This document shows positions 12,293-25,189 of a DNA stretch of 64,000 nucleotides, piece by piece; the first letter of the stretch is position 1, and every line of letters starts with the position of its first letter. The notes under the pieces were generated by a model. It was given only the letters and a program-made list of their open reading frames with translations, searched no databases and was not told where the DNA came from. The position numbers and the translations under genes were made by a program. The DNA is from Octopus vulgaris. Lineage: Eukaryota. The stretch covers positions 134,974,001-135,038,000 of the forward strand of contig OX597819.1 of NCBI GenBank assembly GCA_951406725.2, written 5' to 3'.

Positions 12293-13685
12293 TCATCATC
12301 AGCATCGTTTAACTTCCACTTTCCATGCTAGCATGGGTTGGACGATTTTGACTGAGGGCTGGCAAACCAGATGGCTGCACCAGGCCCCAATCTTGATCTG
12401 GCAGAGTTTCTACAGCTGGATGCCCTTCCTAATGCCAACCACTCCGAGAGTGTAGTGGGTGATTTTTACATGCCACAGCACGGGGGCCAGTCAGGCGGTA
12501 CTGGCAATGACCTCACTCGAATCTTTTTACACACGCCACTGGCACAGGTGCCAGTAAGGCGACGTTGGTAATGATCACACTCGAATGGTGTCCTTGTATG
12601 TGCCACTGGCACAGAGCCAGTAGGCTGACAAAGATCACGCTCGGATGGTGCTCTTGGCACCCTACTAGCACGGGCACAAGTGCTAGTAAGGTGACGCTGG
12701 TAACGATCACACTCGAATGGTGCCCTTTTATGTGACACTGGCACGGAAGCCGGTTAGCCGCTCCGTCAATGATCACACTTGTATGTTACTCTTTGCACTC
12801 CGCTAGCACGGATGCCAGTCGTCGAATCAAAGACATTACACATACAGAAGAGAACGAGAGAAACTTTAAAATGCCTGATGTCAGATGAGTCTGCATCAGC
12901 TCAGGGATGCCAAAGCATTTTGTACCTAGTTCTTCATCATTGCCATTTAACATCCACTTTCCATGCTGGCATGGGTTGGATAGTTTGACTGAAGGCTGGC
13001 AAGCCAGACGGCTGCACCAAGCTCCAATCTGATCTGGCAAAGTTTCTTGAAAGAAATGAAGCTAGTATGCTTCACTGAATGTGCAATGTCAGTGTGCATG
13101 TACAAAGAGTGTGAGTGTCTTGAGAGAAAAGTTGGGCATAAGCAACATCAAATGTGATGTGCAAGAGAGACAAGTGCACTGGTATGGCCATGGATGGATG
13201 GAGACAGCTGTGTAAAGAAATGCTAACCTCTACTGTGGAGGGAACTTGTGAAAGAGATAGACCCAAGAAGACCTGGGGCAAAGTGGTGAAACATGATCTT
13301 TGACTGTTGGGCCTCACGGAGGTGATGACTGAGACCTCTGGTGATGTGCATGAGAAGACTCGTCAGACCAAGTGAAGCTGTAGTCGTGGCCATTGCTGGT
13401 ACCATGTAAATAGCACCACTCGTCAATCATAGTCATGGTCATTGAGGGTACCATTGTAAATGGCATTCATTACTCGTAATCATGGTTACTGTCAGTACCA
13501 TATAAATGGCACCCGTGCATCGTAGTCGTGGCTGTTCCTGGTGCTATCTTAATGGCATGAATCATAATCATGGTTGTTACTGGTGTCCTGTAAATGACTG
13601 GAATCTAGTGCAGCTCTCTTCCTCATCAGCTCCAGTCAAACCGTCTGATCCTTGCCAACATGGAGAGTGGCTGTTCAAGGATGAT
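12293..13685. mobile_element. Cluster of RTE 3' fragments (12293-12830 minus, 12934-13046 minus, 13047-13685 plus)
   Basis: Tails, 3' UTR repeats and C-terminal ORF remnants in both orientations. Confidence 0.8.
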
Positions 13686-14194
13686 TTCTTAAAATGCTTC
13701 ATGAGCAGCAATTACATTTTATTCTGACTTTCCATTTCTCTTAATTGTTTTAATAATTATAACCACCATTAGTATTATTATTAATTTTACACATGACTGG
13801 ATCACTATATCCACTTTTCTGTCCACCATTTTTTGCAAAAGTATCCACACTGACTATATGACTAAAAGATTACAAAAATATGACATTTACAGGACTTTCG
13901 ATAGTTTTGTAACTAGTTAACATATTTTAGCTATGTTTTTTGGTTTTTTTTCATATAGTTTCAGCTCATGAGCTGTGGCCATGCTGGGGCACTGCCATTG
14001 TTGTTTATATTTTCAGTACCACATATGCTTATATTATTAACTTGTAGTATCAATAACTTCAACTAAACCAACACACACTTCCCCTCTTAGTTGTACAGTT
14101 TAATAAGGGATCGTCATTTAACGTTTGTTTTCTATGCTGGCATGGGTTGGATGCCTTGACGGAAGCTGTCAGAGCCAGGGGCTGCACCAGGTTC

Positions 14195-14233
<39 letters not shown>

Positions 14234-14720
14234 GGAGAGGCACAAGCACCTACACGCACATATACACACACGGCAGTAACTTCAGCCTGCCAAATTCAAT
14301 CACAAAGCTTCGGTCGGCTCGGGGCTATAGCAGAAGGCACCTATCCAAAGTGCCACGCAGTGGGACTGAACCCGAAACCATGTAGCTAGGAAGCAAGCTC
14401 CTTAAGCACTGCCAGCCATATTGTGGTAAAGAAGAAACCAATTTAAATTAAACACTTGAAAACATTCCTTCTAAAATGCATTCTATGAAATTTCCATTGA
14501 TATATTTTTGTTACATTTTGCAGTAGACTTTATATTTGTCGACAGATTTGGTGGAATTCACTTGACTAACATTGTCTTTTCTCCAAAAGTTTGCATCATT
14601 CTTTAAAAATATACCATCACCAGTTGTTGTTTTGTAAATTTCTTCTTTTCCTTGTCACTCCTCGTTCATTTTACTAGAATCAATGAGAGAAGTAAAACCA
14701 TTTAATGTTCCATGTCTCAG

Positions 14721-14828
14721 GTTATCTTCCTGGCCGACCAATTCAGAGTGGAATCAATATTGTCAACAACACAAAATCCTTTTTTATTGACCAAAACATA
14801 ACTCAACAAATATTTGTTTGGAATCCAG
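14721..14828 (+). CDS. TCTN2: Tectonic exon GYLPGRPIQSGINIVNNTKSFFIDQNITQQIFVWNP
   Basis: tctcag acceptor, CAG|gt donor, phase 1 to 1. Completes the S(G)NPGY..G.P motif. Confidence 0.9.
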
Positions 14829-15602
14829 GTATCTTTTATTCTTTTACTAATTTCAGCCATGCGGCTGTGGTCATGCTGGAGCACCTCACTTTATTTTGAC
14901 TTATTAATATATAATTAGCAAATTTATTAATTTTTTATACATAAGGTTTTATCACAAATTTATTATTTCATTATATTTCATTGAAAAATTTATTTGAACT
15001 CGCTTTAAAACTGTAATATTTTGCATGTGTGATATATAATACTTAATAATATCAAATCATTTAGAACAGTTCTCAACAATTCCTAGAATATGTACCAAAG
15101 CTATCATCCAAAACTATTTTCCCCAGATTCTAAATTATCAAACTGCAACTTTGTTTTCCAATGTATGTTTCTCTTTTGGTGGGTAATGGTTTAAGGGATA
15201 TTTGGCTGCCAATTCTAGCAGGAACAAGCTATAGAATAGAGAGAGTACAATATCTATAGCGTCATTTTCAAGTAGCAGAAACACTGGAACTTCAAGTCAG
15301 TACTAATTACCCCAATCAGGGATCTGTCAGAACACACCAAAGCTACAACAACAACCACAAAATTAGGACAAATTTTATTTATTTCAATATCTGACAGAAA
15401 AGTAAACTTATTTCATATTGATTGGTAATATTTTTATTAGAGTTAACCTTAGTGTTATGCTTAAGAATGTTTAATTTTGTTTGATAATAGTCTTGGTTTT
15501 TAATATAGAAAACATCTTTTACGAAAAATTACTAACTTTATTGTACCATTGTACTACAGAATTTTATAAGTAGTCTCTCTTACAGAACTTGAAAGATTGG
15601 GA

Positions 15603-17190
15603 TCATCATCATCATCATTTAACGTCTGCTTTCCATGCTGGCATGGGTTGGATGGTTTGACCGAGGGCTGGTAAGCCAGGAGGCTGCACCAAGCTCCAAT
15701 CTGATCTGGCAAGATTTCTACAGCTGGATGCCCTTCCTAATGCCAACCACTCAGAGAGGGTAGTGGGTGCTTTTTATGGCACTGGAATCAACCACACTTG
15801 AATGGTGCTTTTTATGTGCCACCAGTCAGGTAGCACTGGCATCAGCCACAACTATGATTTCACTTGCCGCAGCAGGTCTTCTCAGGCATGGCATATTGCC
15901 TGATGATTGAAGCTTATTTAAAATGACCAGTTATGTGACATTGGCATCAGCCATGGCTACGATCTCACTTGGCTTACCAGATCTTCTCAATGACATTGAT
16001 TCTCTAAAGGTCTTGGTCACTTGTCATTGCCTCTGTGAGGCCCAACATTCGAAGGTCATGCTTCACCACCTCATCCCATGTCTTCCTGTGTCAACCTCTT
16101 CCACAGGTTCCCTCCACTGTTAGGGTGTGACTCTTCTTCACACAGCCGTCCTCATCCATTCTCACCACATGACCATACCAGTACAGTCGTCTCTCTTGCA
16201 CACCACATCTGATGTTTCTAATGTCCAACTTTTCTCTCAGTGCACTTACACTCTGTTGTGTATGCACACTGACATTAAACATCCAGCAGGGCATACTAGC
16301 TTCACAAATTGATATAATTTATGCATGCAGAATGTGGTCGATGCCAGTATCCACTGACTGGCTCCCATGCCAGTGGCATGTAAAAAGCACCATCTGAATG
16401 TGACTGATGACAGTGCCCTCAACTGGCTCTATCTGAATGTGATCGATGCCAGGCCCACCTGACTGGCTCCTGTGCCGACGGCACATAAAAAGCACCCACT
16501 ACACTCTCGTAGTGGTTGGCATTATGAAGTTCATCCAGCTGTAGAAACATTGCCAGATCAGATTGGAGCCTGGTGCAGCCGTTGGCTCTCCAGATCTCAG
16601 TCAAACTGTTCTATACCAGCATGGTAAACGGATGTTAAACAATGATGATGATGATACAGAGTGATCCGTGTAAAATATGACAGTCTAGACTTATGTAAAA
16701 GTAAGCTGGTATGGTCGTGTGATGTTTATGGATGAAGACAATTGCTTAAAGAAGTGCCAGACTCTAATTGTAGAGGGAACCTGTGGAATGGGTAGACTCA
16801 GAAAGATGTGGGACAATGTGGTGGGAAAAGGGTCTTTAGATGCTGGGCTTCATGGGGAGAGGACAAAGGACCAGTTGTTGTGGAAATTAGCTGTGTTTGA
16901 GAAGACCCACCAAGCTAAGTAAAATTGCAGCCCTCCCTCCATCCATCCATCTGGGCATGCTCCTTTGCAAGTGCCAGTGCCATGTGGAATGCCCTCCTGC
17001 TCGTGTTTCCTAATCACACCTGTACCAGTGGCACATAAAAGGCACCCAGCACACACTGTGAAGTGGGTGGCGTTAGGAAGGCCGTCCAGCCATGGAAAGC
17101 ATGCCAAAACAGACAATTGGGGTCTGGCCAGCTCCTGTCAAACCATGCAACCCATGACAGCATGGAAAATGGACATTAAATGCTAATGAT
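15603..17190. mobile_element. RTE 3' fragments (15603-16305 minus, 16325-16655 plus, 16700-17190 plus)
   Basis: (CAT)n/(ATG)n tails and RRLYWYGHVVRM..GRGR C-terminus. Confidence 0.85.
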
Positions 17191-17391
17191 GGTTTGTGAT
17201 GTAAAAAGAAAACTCATTGATGAGTGTTTTAATCCAAATTGCATGAAATGTTTCCATCTAATTGTTTATTTTGTAAGCTATTATTTTGTTTTTGTATTCC
17301 TTTATAATTTCTAGAGACATTTTATTTCATTGTTAAAAGATTATAAATTTAACTTTTAATGATAGCTGAACATTTGTTTTGGTTATTCCAG

Positions 17392-17503
17392 ATCCTTCTG
17401 GCTTTTGTGCTCTTGCTGGCAAGAGATGGATTATGTTTGGTGAAGATATTTATTCCAGTTGTTTTGTTCCTTTGAAACAAGTTGGTAATTGTGAAACATT
17501 AAG
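17392..17503 (+). CDS. TCTN2: Tectonic exon DPSGFCALAGKRWIMFGEDIYSSCFVPLKQVGNCETLR
   Basis: ttccag acceptor, AG|gtgaga donor, phase 1 to 2. G.C......I.FGED..S.C...L...NC..LR pattern. Confidence 0.9.
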
Positions 17504-17889
17504 GTGAGAAGTAAACGAAACCACATAAAATTTATTTTTATTTTTTGTTCAAAATAATCAAACACATCATTTGTTTTATTATTTGCATTCATAAATGATT
17601 AGAAATATAAAGGAAGAAATGGCTTAATGTAGCTAATTGCATAATGAAATGTACTTGGTTTTCATATTTTGCCTGAAAATCCTTTGCAAAATCTTCAACA
17701 AAACTACTTTTAAAGAGCGCTTTTGGGAGTTTTTAACAAATATACAACCCAAAGTGTATGACGACGTAATAACACTAATATCATTCATAAGGGGAATTTT
17801 AAAGTAATAATGAAAATCTAAGTTTTAAGAAGATGTGTAAATTTGTGATGTTTATGACCTTTCATAAAACGTTACTGTAACCTGTGATT

Positions 17890-18571
17890 TTGTGGGTGGA
17901 CTGTACCTGTGGAAGAGGGAGACCCAAAAGAAGAAATGGGATCAAGTGGTGAGGACTGATCTCAGGTGTTGGGCCTCATGGAGGAAATGACAATGGACTG
18001 AGATGTCTTATGATATGAGGTTCTTGAGAACACCTGTCCACGTCAGTGAAACAGAGTTCTAGAAGCGCTGTGCGTTTCACCCACATGTAACAAAACTTTT
18101 CACACAAATACTCCAACAAACCAAACTACATCGCTTCTCTTCCTCACATTTCCTCTTTCATGCACTTTACCTACCCCTCACTCCCCAATCCTGTCCCCAC
18201 AGCCCTGCTTCTCTTTATCATTGCAATCTGGTAGCCCCTCACCCGCTCTATATACCCATGTTTTCACTACGCATTTCCCCTACCCCACTCTCTAATTATA
18301 CTTCTTTGGGCAATATCCTGCCATTTATATTATAACATTCAAACCTCAAGAGAATGCCCTGATTACTTGCCACCATTTATCTCTCTCTCTCTCTCTCTCT
18401 CTGCCTTTACTTGATCATCCCATTTATGCTCTGAGCCCTGTCCCTTGTGAGCATGTCCAGCACTTTGCCACCATCTCTATCCTGCTGTCTCCCACTCTCT
18501 CTCTCTCCTCCTGGTTGGGTAACCATGTATCTCCTTTGTGGCAGCACACCTGTTTCTGTCCTCATTCCTGA

Positions 18572-18609
<38 letters not shown>

Positions 18610-19055
18610 CAGGTAACCATGTACCTCCTCTACAAGAAGACACCTGTTTTTGTCTTTTGGTCTTACTATAACCTTTCACCATCTGACACAAGATCACCTC
18701 TGCCAATGCACCCCCCTCTCCTCTCAAAAGATATTCGTCTTGCAAGGTACTTGGTGACCCTGTCAGTGCAGGTGCCACTTAAAAAGCATTCAGTCCACAC
18801 TGTAAAGTGGTTGGTGTTTTTGGAAGGGCACCCAGCTGTACAAACCTTGCCAAAACTGACTTCACTTGTGCTCGTGCCACATAAAAAGCACTAAATTCAC
18901 TCTGCTGGGTGGTTGGTGTTAAGAAGGGCATCCAGCTGTAAAAACCTGCCAAAACAGACTCAAAAGTCTGGTGCAGGCTCCTGCCTGGCCGGCTCCTCTC
19001 AAACCATCCCACCCACGCCAGCATGGAAAGCAGATGTTAAGTGATGATGATGATA
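17890..19055 (+). mobile_element. Decayed RTE 3' part with CT-rich interior
   Basis: GRPKKKWD-like remnant, (CT)n tracts and (ATG)n tail. Confidence 0.65.
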
Positions 19056-19079
19056 ACTTTTGTTCATTCTTATTCCTTG

Positions 19080-19320
19080 TAGGATTTATGTGGGTAGCAG
19101 GTTACTACCTGTAACCTTAGGTATCCACATGCTTCCAATAGTTTTTCAAGTGCTTAGAACCTTCCTGGTAATCTGTCGTGCCCCTAAGAGATAAACTTTC
19201 TGTGGAAGCTCTACAGGACAATCTCTTTCAACCATTTCTCTATATCTTTGCTTACAGTTCCCAATGCACCAATTATTTTAGGCACAACTTAAACAGTTTT
19301 CATGTTCCAAATTCTTGAAG
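19080..19320 (-). mobile_element. R4/Dong-like (RLE) non-LTR 3' fragment
   Basis: Translation RIWNMK..VVP.IIGALGTVSK is typical of the RLE C-terminus. Confidence 0.5.
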
Positions 19321-19369
19321 TTTTAAATTATAAGAGCTTTTATTTTATTTTATTTTTATTTTTACCTGT

Positions 19370-19730
19370 TTCAGTCATCAGACTGTGACCATGCTGGGGC
19401 ACCACCTTGGAGAATTTTTTAGTCAAATGAATCAACTCCAGTACATATTTTTTTAAAGCTTGGTACTTATTTGATCAGTTCCTTTTGCCAAACTGCTAAG
19501 TTATGGTGATGTAAACACACCAGCATAGGTTGTGAAGCAGTAGTGGGAGACAGACACAAGGGCATGTGTGTGCACACATACACGACGGGCTTCTTTCAGT
19601 TTCCGTCTACTAAATCCACTCACAAGGCTTCTTCAGCCTGAAATTATAATCACAAACTCTTGACCAAGGTGCCATGCAGTGGGATTGAACCCAGAACCCT
19701 GTTGTTAGAAAGCAAGCTTCTTACCATATA
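19370..19730 (-). mobile_element. SINE family A
   Basis: Homologous to 147-550. Confidence 0.78.
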
Positions 19731-19747
19731 TCATCATCATCATCATT

Positions 19748-19975
19748 AAGGCGGCGAGCTGGCAGAATCGTTAGCACGCTGGGTAAAATGCTTAGTGGTG
19801 GTATTTCATCCATCTTTACATTCTGAGTTCAAATGTCACTGAGGTCAACTTTACCTTTCATCCTTTCAGGACTGATAAATTAAGTACCAGTGGAACACTG
19901 GGGTCGATGTAATCGACTTATTCCCTCCTCTGAAATTTTAGGCCTTGTACCTATAGTAAAAAGGATTATTATTAG
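19748..19975 (+). mobile_element. SINE family B
   Basis: AAGGCGGCGAGCTGGCAGAATCGTTAGC head and (ATT)n tail. Confidence 0.8.
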
Positions 19976-20231
19976 TCAATAGGTAGGGGTGGATGCTCTG
20001 AGAGCATAGCTGCTAGAATAAGAATAGCCTGGGCAAAGTTCAGAGGGCTCCTACCTCTCCTGGTGACAAAGAGCCTCTTGTCAGAGTGAAAAGTAGACTG
20101 TATGATGCGTGTGTGCGAACAGCCATGCTACACGGCAGTGAAACCTGGGCTGTAACTGCTGAGGACATGCGTAAGCTTGAAAGAAATGAAGCTATTATGC
20201 TTCGCAGGATGTTTAATGTCAGTATATATAC

Positions 20232-21816
20232 CAGTGGCGTGCGGTGACTTCCGGGGCTGGGCATGCAATGAATTTCTTTCGAAAGTTCCATGAATTTAAA
20301 CTTTTCTAAGGATGAATATCGTGCTTTTATTTGGTCAACCATTGTGCTGATAATTTTGTTATAAAGCATTTTATAATGTCGTTGGGGCTCAATAGATATA
20401 TTCTTGGATCTCTGAATTCCGATTCCTGCATCGACTCCATATTTTCCCCCCGGGTTCAGTTCCACTGCGTGGCACCTTGGGCAAGGGTCTTCTACTATAG
20501 TCTCGGGCCGACCAAAGCCTTGTGAGTGGATTTGGTAGACGGAAACTGAAAGAAGCCCGTGGTATATATGTATATATATGCGTGTGTGTGTTTGTGCGTC
20601 TGTGTTTGTCCCCCTAGCATTGCTTGGCAACCGATGCTGGTGTGTTTATGTCCCCGTTACTTAGCGGTTCGGCAAAATAGACCGATAGAATAAGTCCCGG
20701 GGTCGAGTTGCTCGATTAAAGGCGGTGCTCCAGCATGGCCGCAGTCAAATGACTGAAACAAGTAAAAGAGATTGAAAAATTATCAAGATTGTTTTCGAGT
20801 ACAGTTCTAGTTTTATCTATTTGATCTTTACAATACACTATGTCATGACTTTTACTCTGGAGGATGTTAAATATGAAAAAAGAAAAAATCTCACTGAATA
20901 CTTCTAACAAAAATAAGAAATCAGGAGCTTTTAAAGTTTGTAACAATCCAATTGCTGAATTTATGGTGGTATCATCCCATGCTTCAGGATTTTCAATGAT
21001 GTGCTCAAAAAGGCTGATTATGAAATGATAATTTTCCTTTGTGGTAATAATAAGCCGTGAGGCTGTTGCCTTCGGAAATCTTTTTTTTTAACAATGTTAT
21101 CTAATGCATTAGCCCTTTTCGGTGTTGGTCTCCCACCGATATAATTAATTATTTTCCATCGAATTCTCCTTTCGAAAAACTATTTCTCAAAATATCGTTT
21201 ATAACACACATTTCACTCATTTCGTAAAAGGCTGTTCTTATATACGAACACACGTGGAAGCACCGGCGTAAATTGTAAGTCAATTTCAACAAAACAGAAA
21301 GATACAGAAAGTGGGTATCATGCGGTCAGCTCATAGCATGACATGCCACTGAGAGAAAGTGGAAGGGGGTACAAAATATTATGAACGACCTTTCCTCCTA
21401 GCATCTGTTTTATCAATTCACTAAGAGAGAGAGAGGAAGGAGGGACAAACTAAGAGACAGAGAGGGAGGTCATGCCGGTCTTCCCACAGCATAGCCACTA
21501 AGAGAAAGATGAAGGGGGTAAAAATATTTCAAATGCCCTATCCTCTTAGCATGTCTTTTAAACAAGTCGCTAAGAGTGAGAGAGAGGAAGGAAGGACAAA
21601 GTGAGACAGAGAGGGAGTGTCTAACATGCTGGTCTTGTCAATGCATGACTTCTAAAAGCAGAAGTAGAGTCACTGAGAGAGAAGGGGAGAAAAATACAAC
21701 TGGACGGATTTTCTTTGAAACAAAGTAACTATTTTATCTAATTTTCCGATCATATGGATAAAAAAATCACAGGGCATGCAACGCATACCTTGCATACCTG
21801 AGAGTGCACGCCCCTG
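20232..21816 (-). mobile_element. hAT (Tip100-like) DNA transposon, internally deleted
   Basis: TIRs CAGTGGCGTGC / GCACGCCCCTG and perfect 8-bp TSD ATATATAC (20224-20231, 21817-21824). Transposase remnants FNILQSKSHDIVYC and YNKIISTMVDQIKARY on the minus strand. Confidence 0.9.
20450..20770 (+). mobile_element. SINE family A (5'-truncated, well preserved) nested in the hAT
   Basis: GGTTCAGTTCCACTGCGTGGC...GGCGGTGCTCCAGCATGGCCGCAGTC..AAGTAAAAGA. Confidence 0.88.
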
Positions 21817-22699
21817 ATATATACACAACTGAGTGTAAACGACCTGAGAGAAAAGTTGGACATAAGAAGCATCAAATGTGGTGCGCAAGCGACATGGCAG
21901 TGCTGGTATGGTCATGTGTTGCGCATTGATGAGGACAGCTGTATGAAGAAGTGTTACACCCTAACAGTGGAGGGAACCTGTTGAAGAGGTAGACCCAGGA
22001 AGACATAGGATGAGGTGGTGAAGCATAACCTTCAAATGTTGGGCCTCAGGGAGCCAATGACAAGCAACCACGACCTTTGGAGATATGCTGTGATTGAGAA
22101 GACCTGGCAAGTCAAGTGAGATCGCAGCCGTGGCCAATGGCAGGGTCACATAACCGGCCCATCTAAAAGTACCCTTCAATCATCAGGCAATATGCTGTGC
22201 TTGAGAAGACCTGTTAAGTGAAATCATAGTTATGGTGGAGGTCGATCCCTCCTGACTGGCATCCATACCAGTGGCATGTAAAAAGCACCATTCGAGCATG
22301 GCCTGTGCTAGTTCCATCTGACTGGCTCCCATGTTGGTGGCACATAAAAAGCACCAATCATAGTCATGGTTCATGCCAGTGCCGCCTCACTAGCACCCAC
22401 TACACTGTTGGAGTGGTTGGCATTAGGAAGGGCATCCAGCTGTAGAAATCTTGCCAGATCAGATTGGAGTCTGGTGCAGCCTTCTGGCTTTCCAGTCCTC
22501 AGTCAAACCATCCAATCCATGCCAGCAATATGATTATTACTACTGCTCTACAGCATCCAGTTGTAGAAACCATGCCAAATCAGTGTGGAACCTGGGGAAG
22601 CTCTCTGGCTTCCTATTTCCAGTGAAACCATCCAACCCATGCCAGAATGGAAAGCAGATGTTAAATGATGATGTTTGTTATTATTCTGTTTGTTGCACA

Positions 22700-22910
22700 G
22701 CATTTGTTGTTGCTGCTGTGATACCAGTGCCAGCTGCCCACAAGCTGTGCCTTGAGGTGACATGTTCAGTTCTCACTTTTCTAAGTATTCTAGCAGTTCT
22801 AAAGAGTTGTTTCCTGTAAATGCCTCATCCTGATGTTGTCCCCAGGTGCTCACAGTACGAAGCACCCCAATAATAACTGGGACCACTTCAAACTTTCCCA
22901 TCACCCACAA
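22700..22910 (-). mobile_element. R4/Dong-like non-LTR 3' fragment
   Basis: VVPVII.GA...RTARILRKV remnant and (ACA)n-like tail. Confidence 0.45.
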
Positions 22911-23090
22911 ATGTTTTATCTCCCAAATGATGATGATGATGGAATATGTCAGTTTCCATAGAATAAAAATAGTTTTTGTTTTGTTTCTTAATTTCCTGCT
23001 GGAATAAATATGAAGACAACAGACATTGAGGAATTTTACTTCCTGAAAAATAATTGCACAGTTTCTCGTTTTGCATCTTCTATTTATTAG

Positions 23091-23195
23091 AAAAGAAGTT
23101 CTCTATTTGCTGAACCAACTAATCCCAGCTGATAGAATTGGACGTTTTCAACATAACGATGGAAGCATTGAATCCCACTGGATTAAAATACTTAG
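23091..23195 (+). CDS. TCTN2: Tectonic exon KEVLYLLNQLIPADRIGRFQHNDGSIESHWIKIL
   Basis: tattag acceptor, AG|gtaagt donor, phase 2 to 2, open frame. Confidence 0.85.
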
Positions 23196-23615
23196 GTAAG
23201 TTCTGTTTACAATATTTTTATGTTAGGGGTGTTGTTAGTTTCCTTTCAATGAACAAATGTTTTTACTTTAGAACAATAATACAAAACCAGTATGATTAAG
23301 CTGTCGAATATAAAGCCTACAGTAATTAGAAATCTCGTTATTAAACAAACCAGAACAATCTTGTACAGACAGTTGTTATACGCAAGGGGAATTGAACCAC
23401 ACCTGAATGGTTTAGTCTTTATAATGTGGGTAGATACTGATGACGTTTGATTTCAGTTCAAATGGTTTATCATCATCATCATCAGTTTAGCTACAATATA
23501 TGAGGACTGATCCTTGGTGAGCCCCTTCTACCCAGAATACTTCACTAGTTGTCAACCCTCACCTTACTAACAGCTTCCCTATACAGGGCTTGTACAGCTC
23601 TTATGCATATATATA

Positions 23616-25114
23616 CAGTTGCGGCCAAAATGTTCAGAATGGCATTGTTTTTGTCAGAAAAGTAGGTATAAGTTTCTATCAAAGTTGTTTTAGTTTCTAT
23701 AATTTTCACAGACAATAAATACGATATTAATTGTTATTGTCTGAGATTTTGGTGTAATTTGAGAGGATAATACAAAAGTTATGGATGATTTACTGCAAAA
23801 CCCATGGCGGCCAAAATGATCAGAACGGTTGCTTTTACTCCGTGTTTTAGTATATTTAACCGGTGAACTCTAATGTTTTGAATTTGTTTACCTGACGGTT
23901 CGTTTACTAAACATTAGTAAGAATATCTGCAGTGTACTTTGTTCATATAATGCCACTTACTCCGTTACCAATTCGTCAGCAGATTATTAAGCTTCAAAAG
24001 AAGGATAATTTAAGTAATGGATCTATTGCAAGAAAAACGACCAAGAGAGAAGATCGTGCTATGGTAAAGTTGGTTAAAAAGGACAGATTTAAAACTGCTG
24101 CTGCTGTTTCTCGGGAAATGAGCATTGTACTGAAGAAAACTTTATTTCGAAAAACTGTGTCTCGTCGTTTAGTTGAACATGACCTACAAGCAAGAGCACC
24201 TGCAGCGAAGCCACTGATCAGCTCCAAGAATAAAAAGTGTCGTCTTACCTTTGCAACCGAACATGTGTTGTGGTCTCAAGAAAAATGGCAAACGGTGCAT
24301 TTCCGTGATGAATCTAAGTTTATGTTATTTGGCTCAGATGGGTACGTTCGTAGAAAAGTAGGTGAAAAATTGTCGCCTAAATGCCTTAAGACTAGTGTTA
24401 AATTCGGTGGAGGAAGTGTCATGGTTTGGGGGATGATATCTGGAGATGGTGTGGGCCCTTTGGTGCGATTACATGGAAAGGTAAATGCAGGAGTTTATAA
24501 ACAACTTGTAAAAGATCATGTCTCGCCTGTGCTGAGAAATTCAACTAAGCGATCACCCATATTCATGCAGGACAATGCCCCATGTCACAAGGCTAAGGTG
24601 GTCATGAACTTTCTCAAGGCTGAAAAGATTATTGTTATGGATTGGCCTGCTCAAAGCCCAGATCTCAATCCTATTGAAAATGTGTGGAATATTCTAGGAG
24701 AACGTTCGAAAGCCAGAAATCCTAAAACAATCGAACAATTATGGAATGCCCTTCGGGAAGAATGGAATAAGATCACCCAGCAAGAAATTGAAAATTTAAT
24801 TTCCCCCATGCAGTCGAAAATGTCAAAGTGTGATTGAAGCTAAAGGGCTTCACACTGAATATGAAATAATTCCAGCATTCTCTGTCACTTTTTGATTATT
24901 TTGTTATTTTTTCAACCGTTCTGATCATTTTGGCCACCATGGGTTTTGCAGTAAATCACTAAATCATCCATAACTTTTGTATTATCCACTCAAATTACAT
25001 CAAAATCTCATATTTATAGTCTGTGAAAATTATAGAAACTAAAACAACTTTAATAAAAACTTATACCTACTTTTCTGACGAAAACAATGCCATTCTGAAC
25101 ATTTTGGCCGCAAC

Positions 25115-25116
<2 letters not shown>
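23616..25116 (+). mobile_element. Tc1 (DD34E) transposon with long IR/DR-type TIRs
   Basis: TA-flanked TIRs of about 200-215 bp starting CAGTTGCGGCCAAAATG, each with a second internal copy of the GGCCAAAATG.TCAGAA box. Confidence 0.95.
23950..24837 (+). pseudogene. Tc1 transposase with in-frame N-terminal deletion and C-terminal frameshift
   Basis: FRDESKF, QDNAPCH and SPDLNPIE motifs; 34 residues between the second D and E. GRPR segment is missing. Confidence 0.9.
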
Positions 25117-25150
<34 letters not shown>

Positions 25151-25189
25151 TACACACACACAACACACACACACATATATATATATATA

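Larger units (their letters stand above)
19976..22672 (+). mobile_element. RTE 3' part split by the hAT insertion (19976-20231 and 21817-22672)
   Basis: RTE sequence resumes colinearly after the hAT TSD. Confidence 0.85.
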
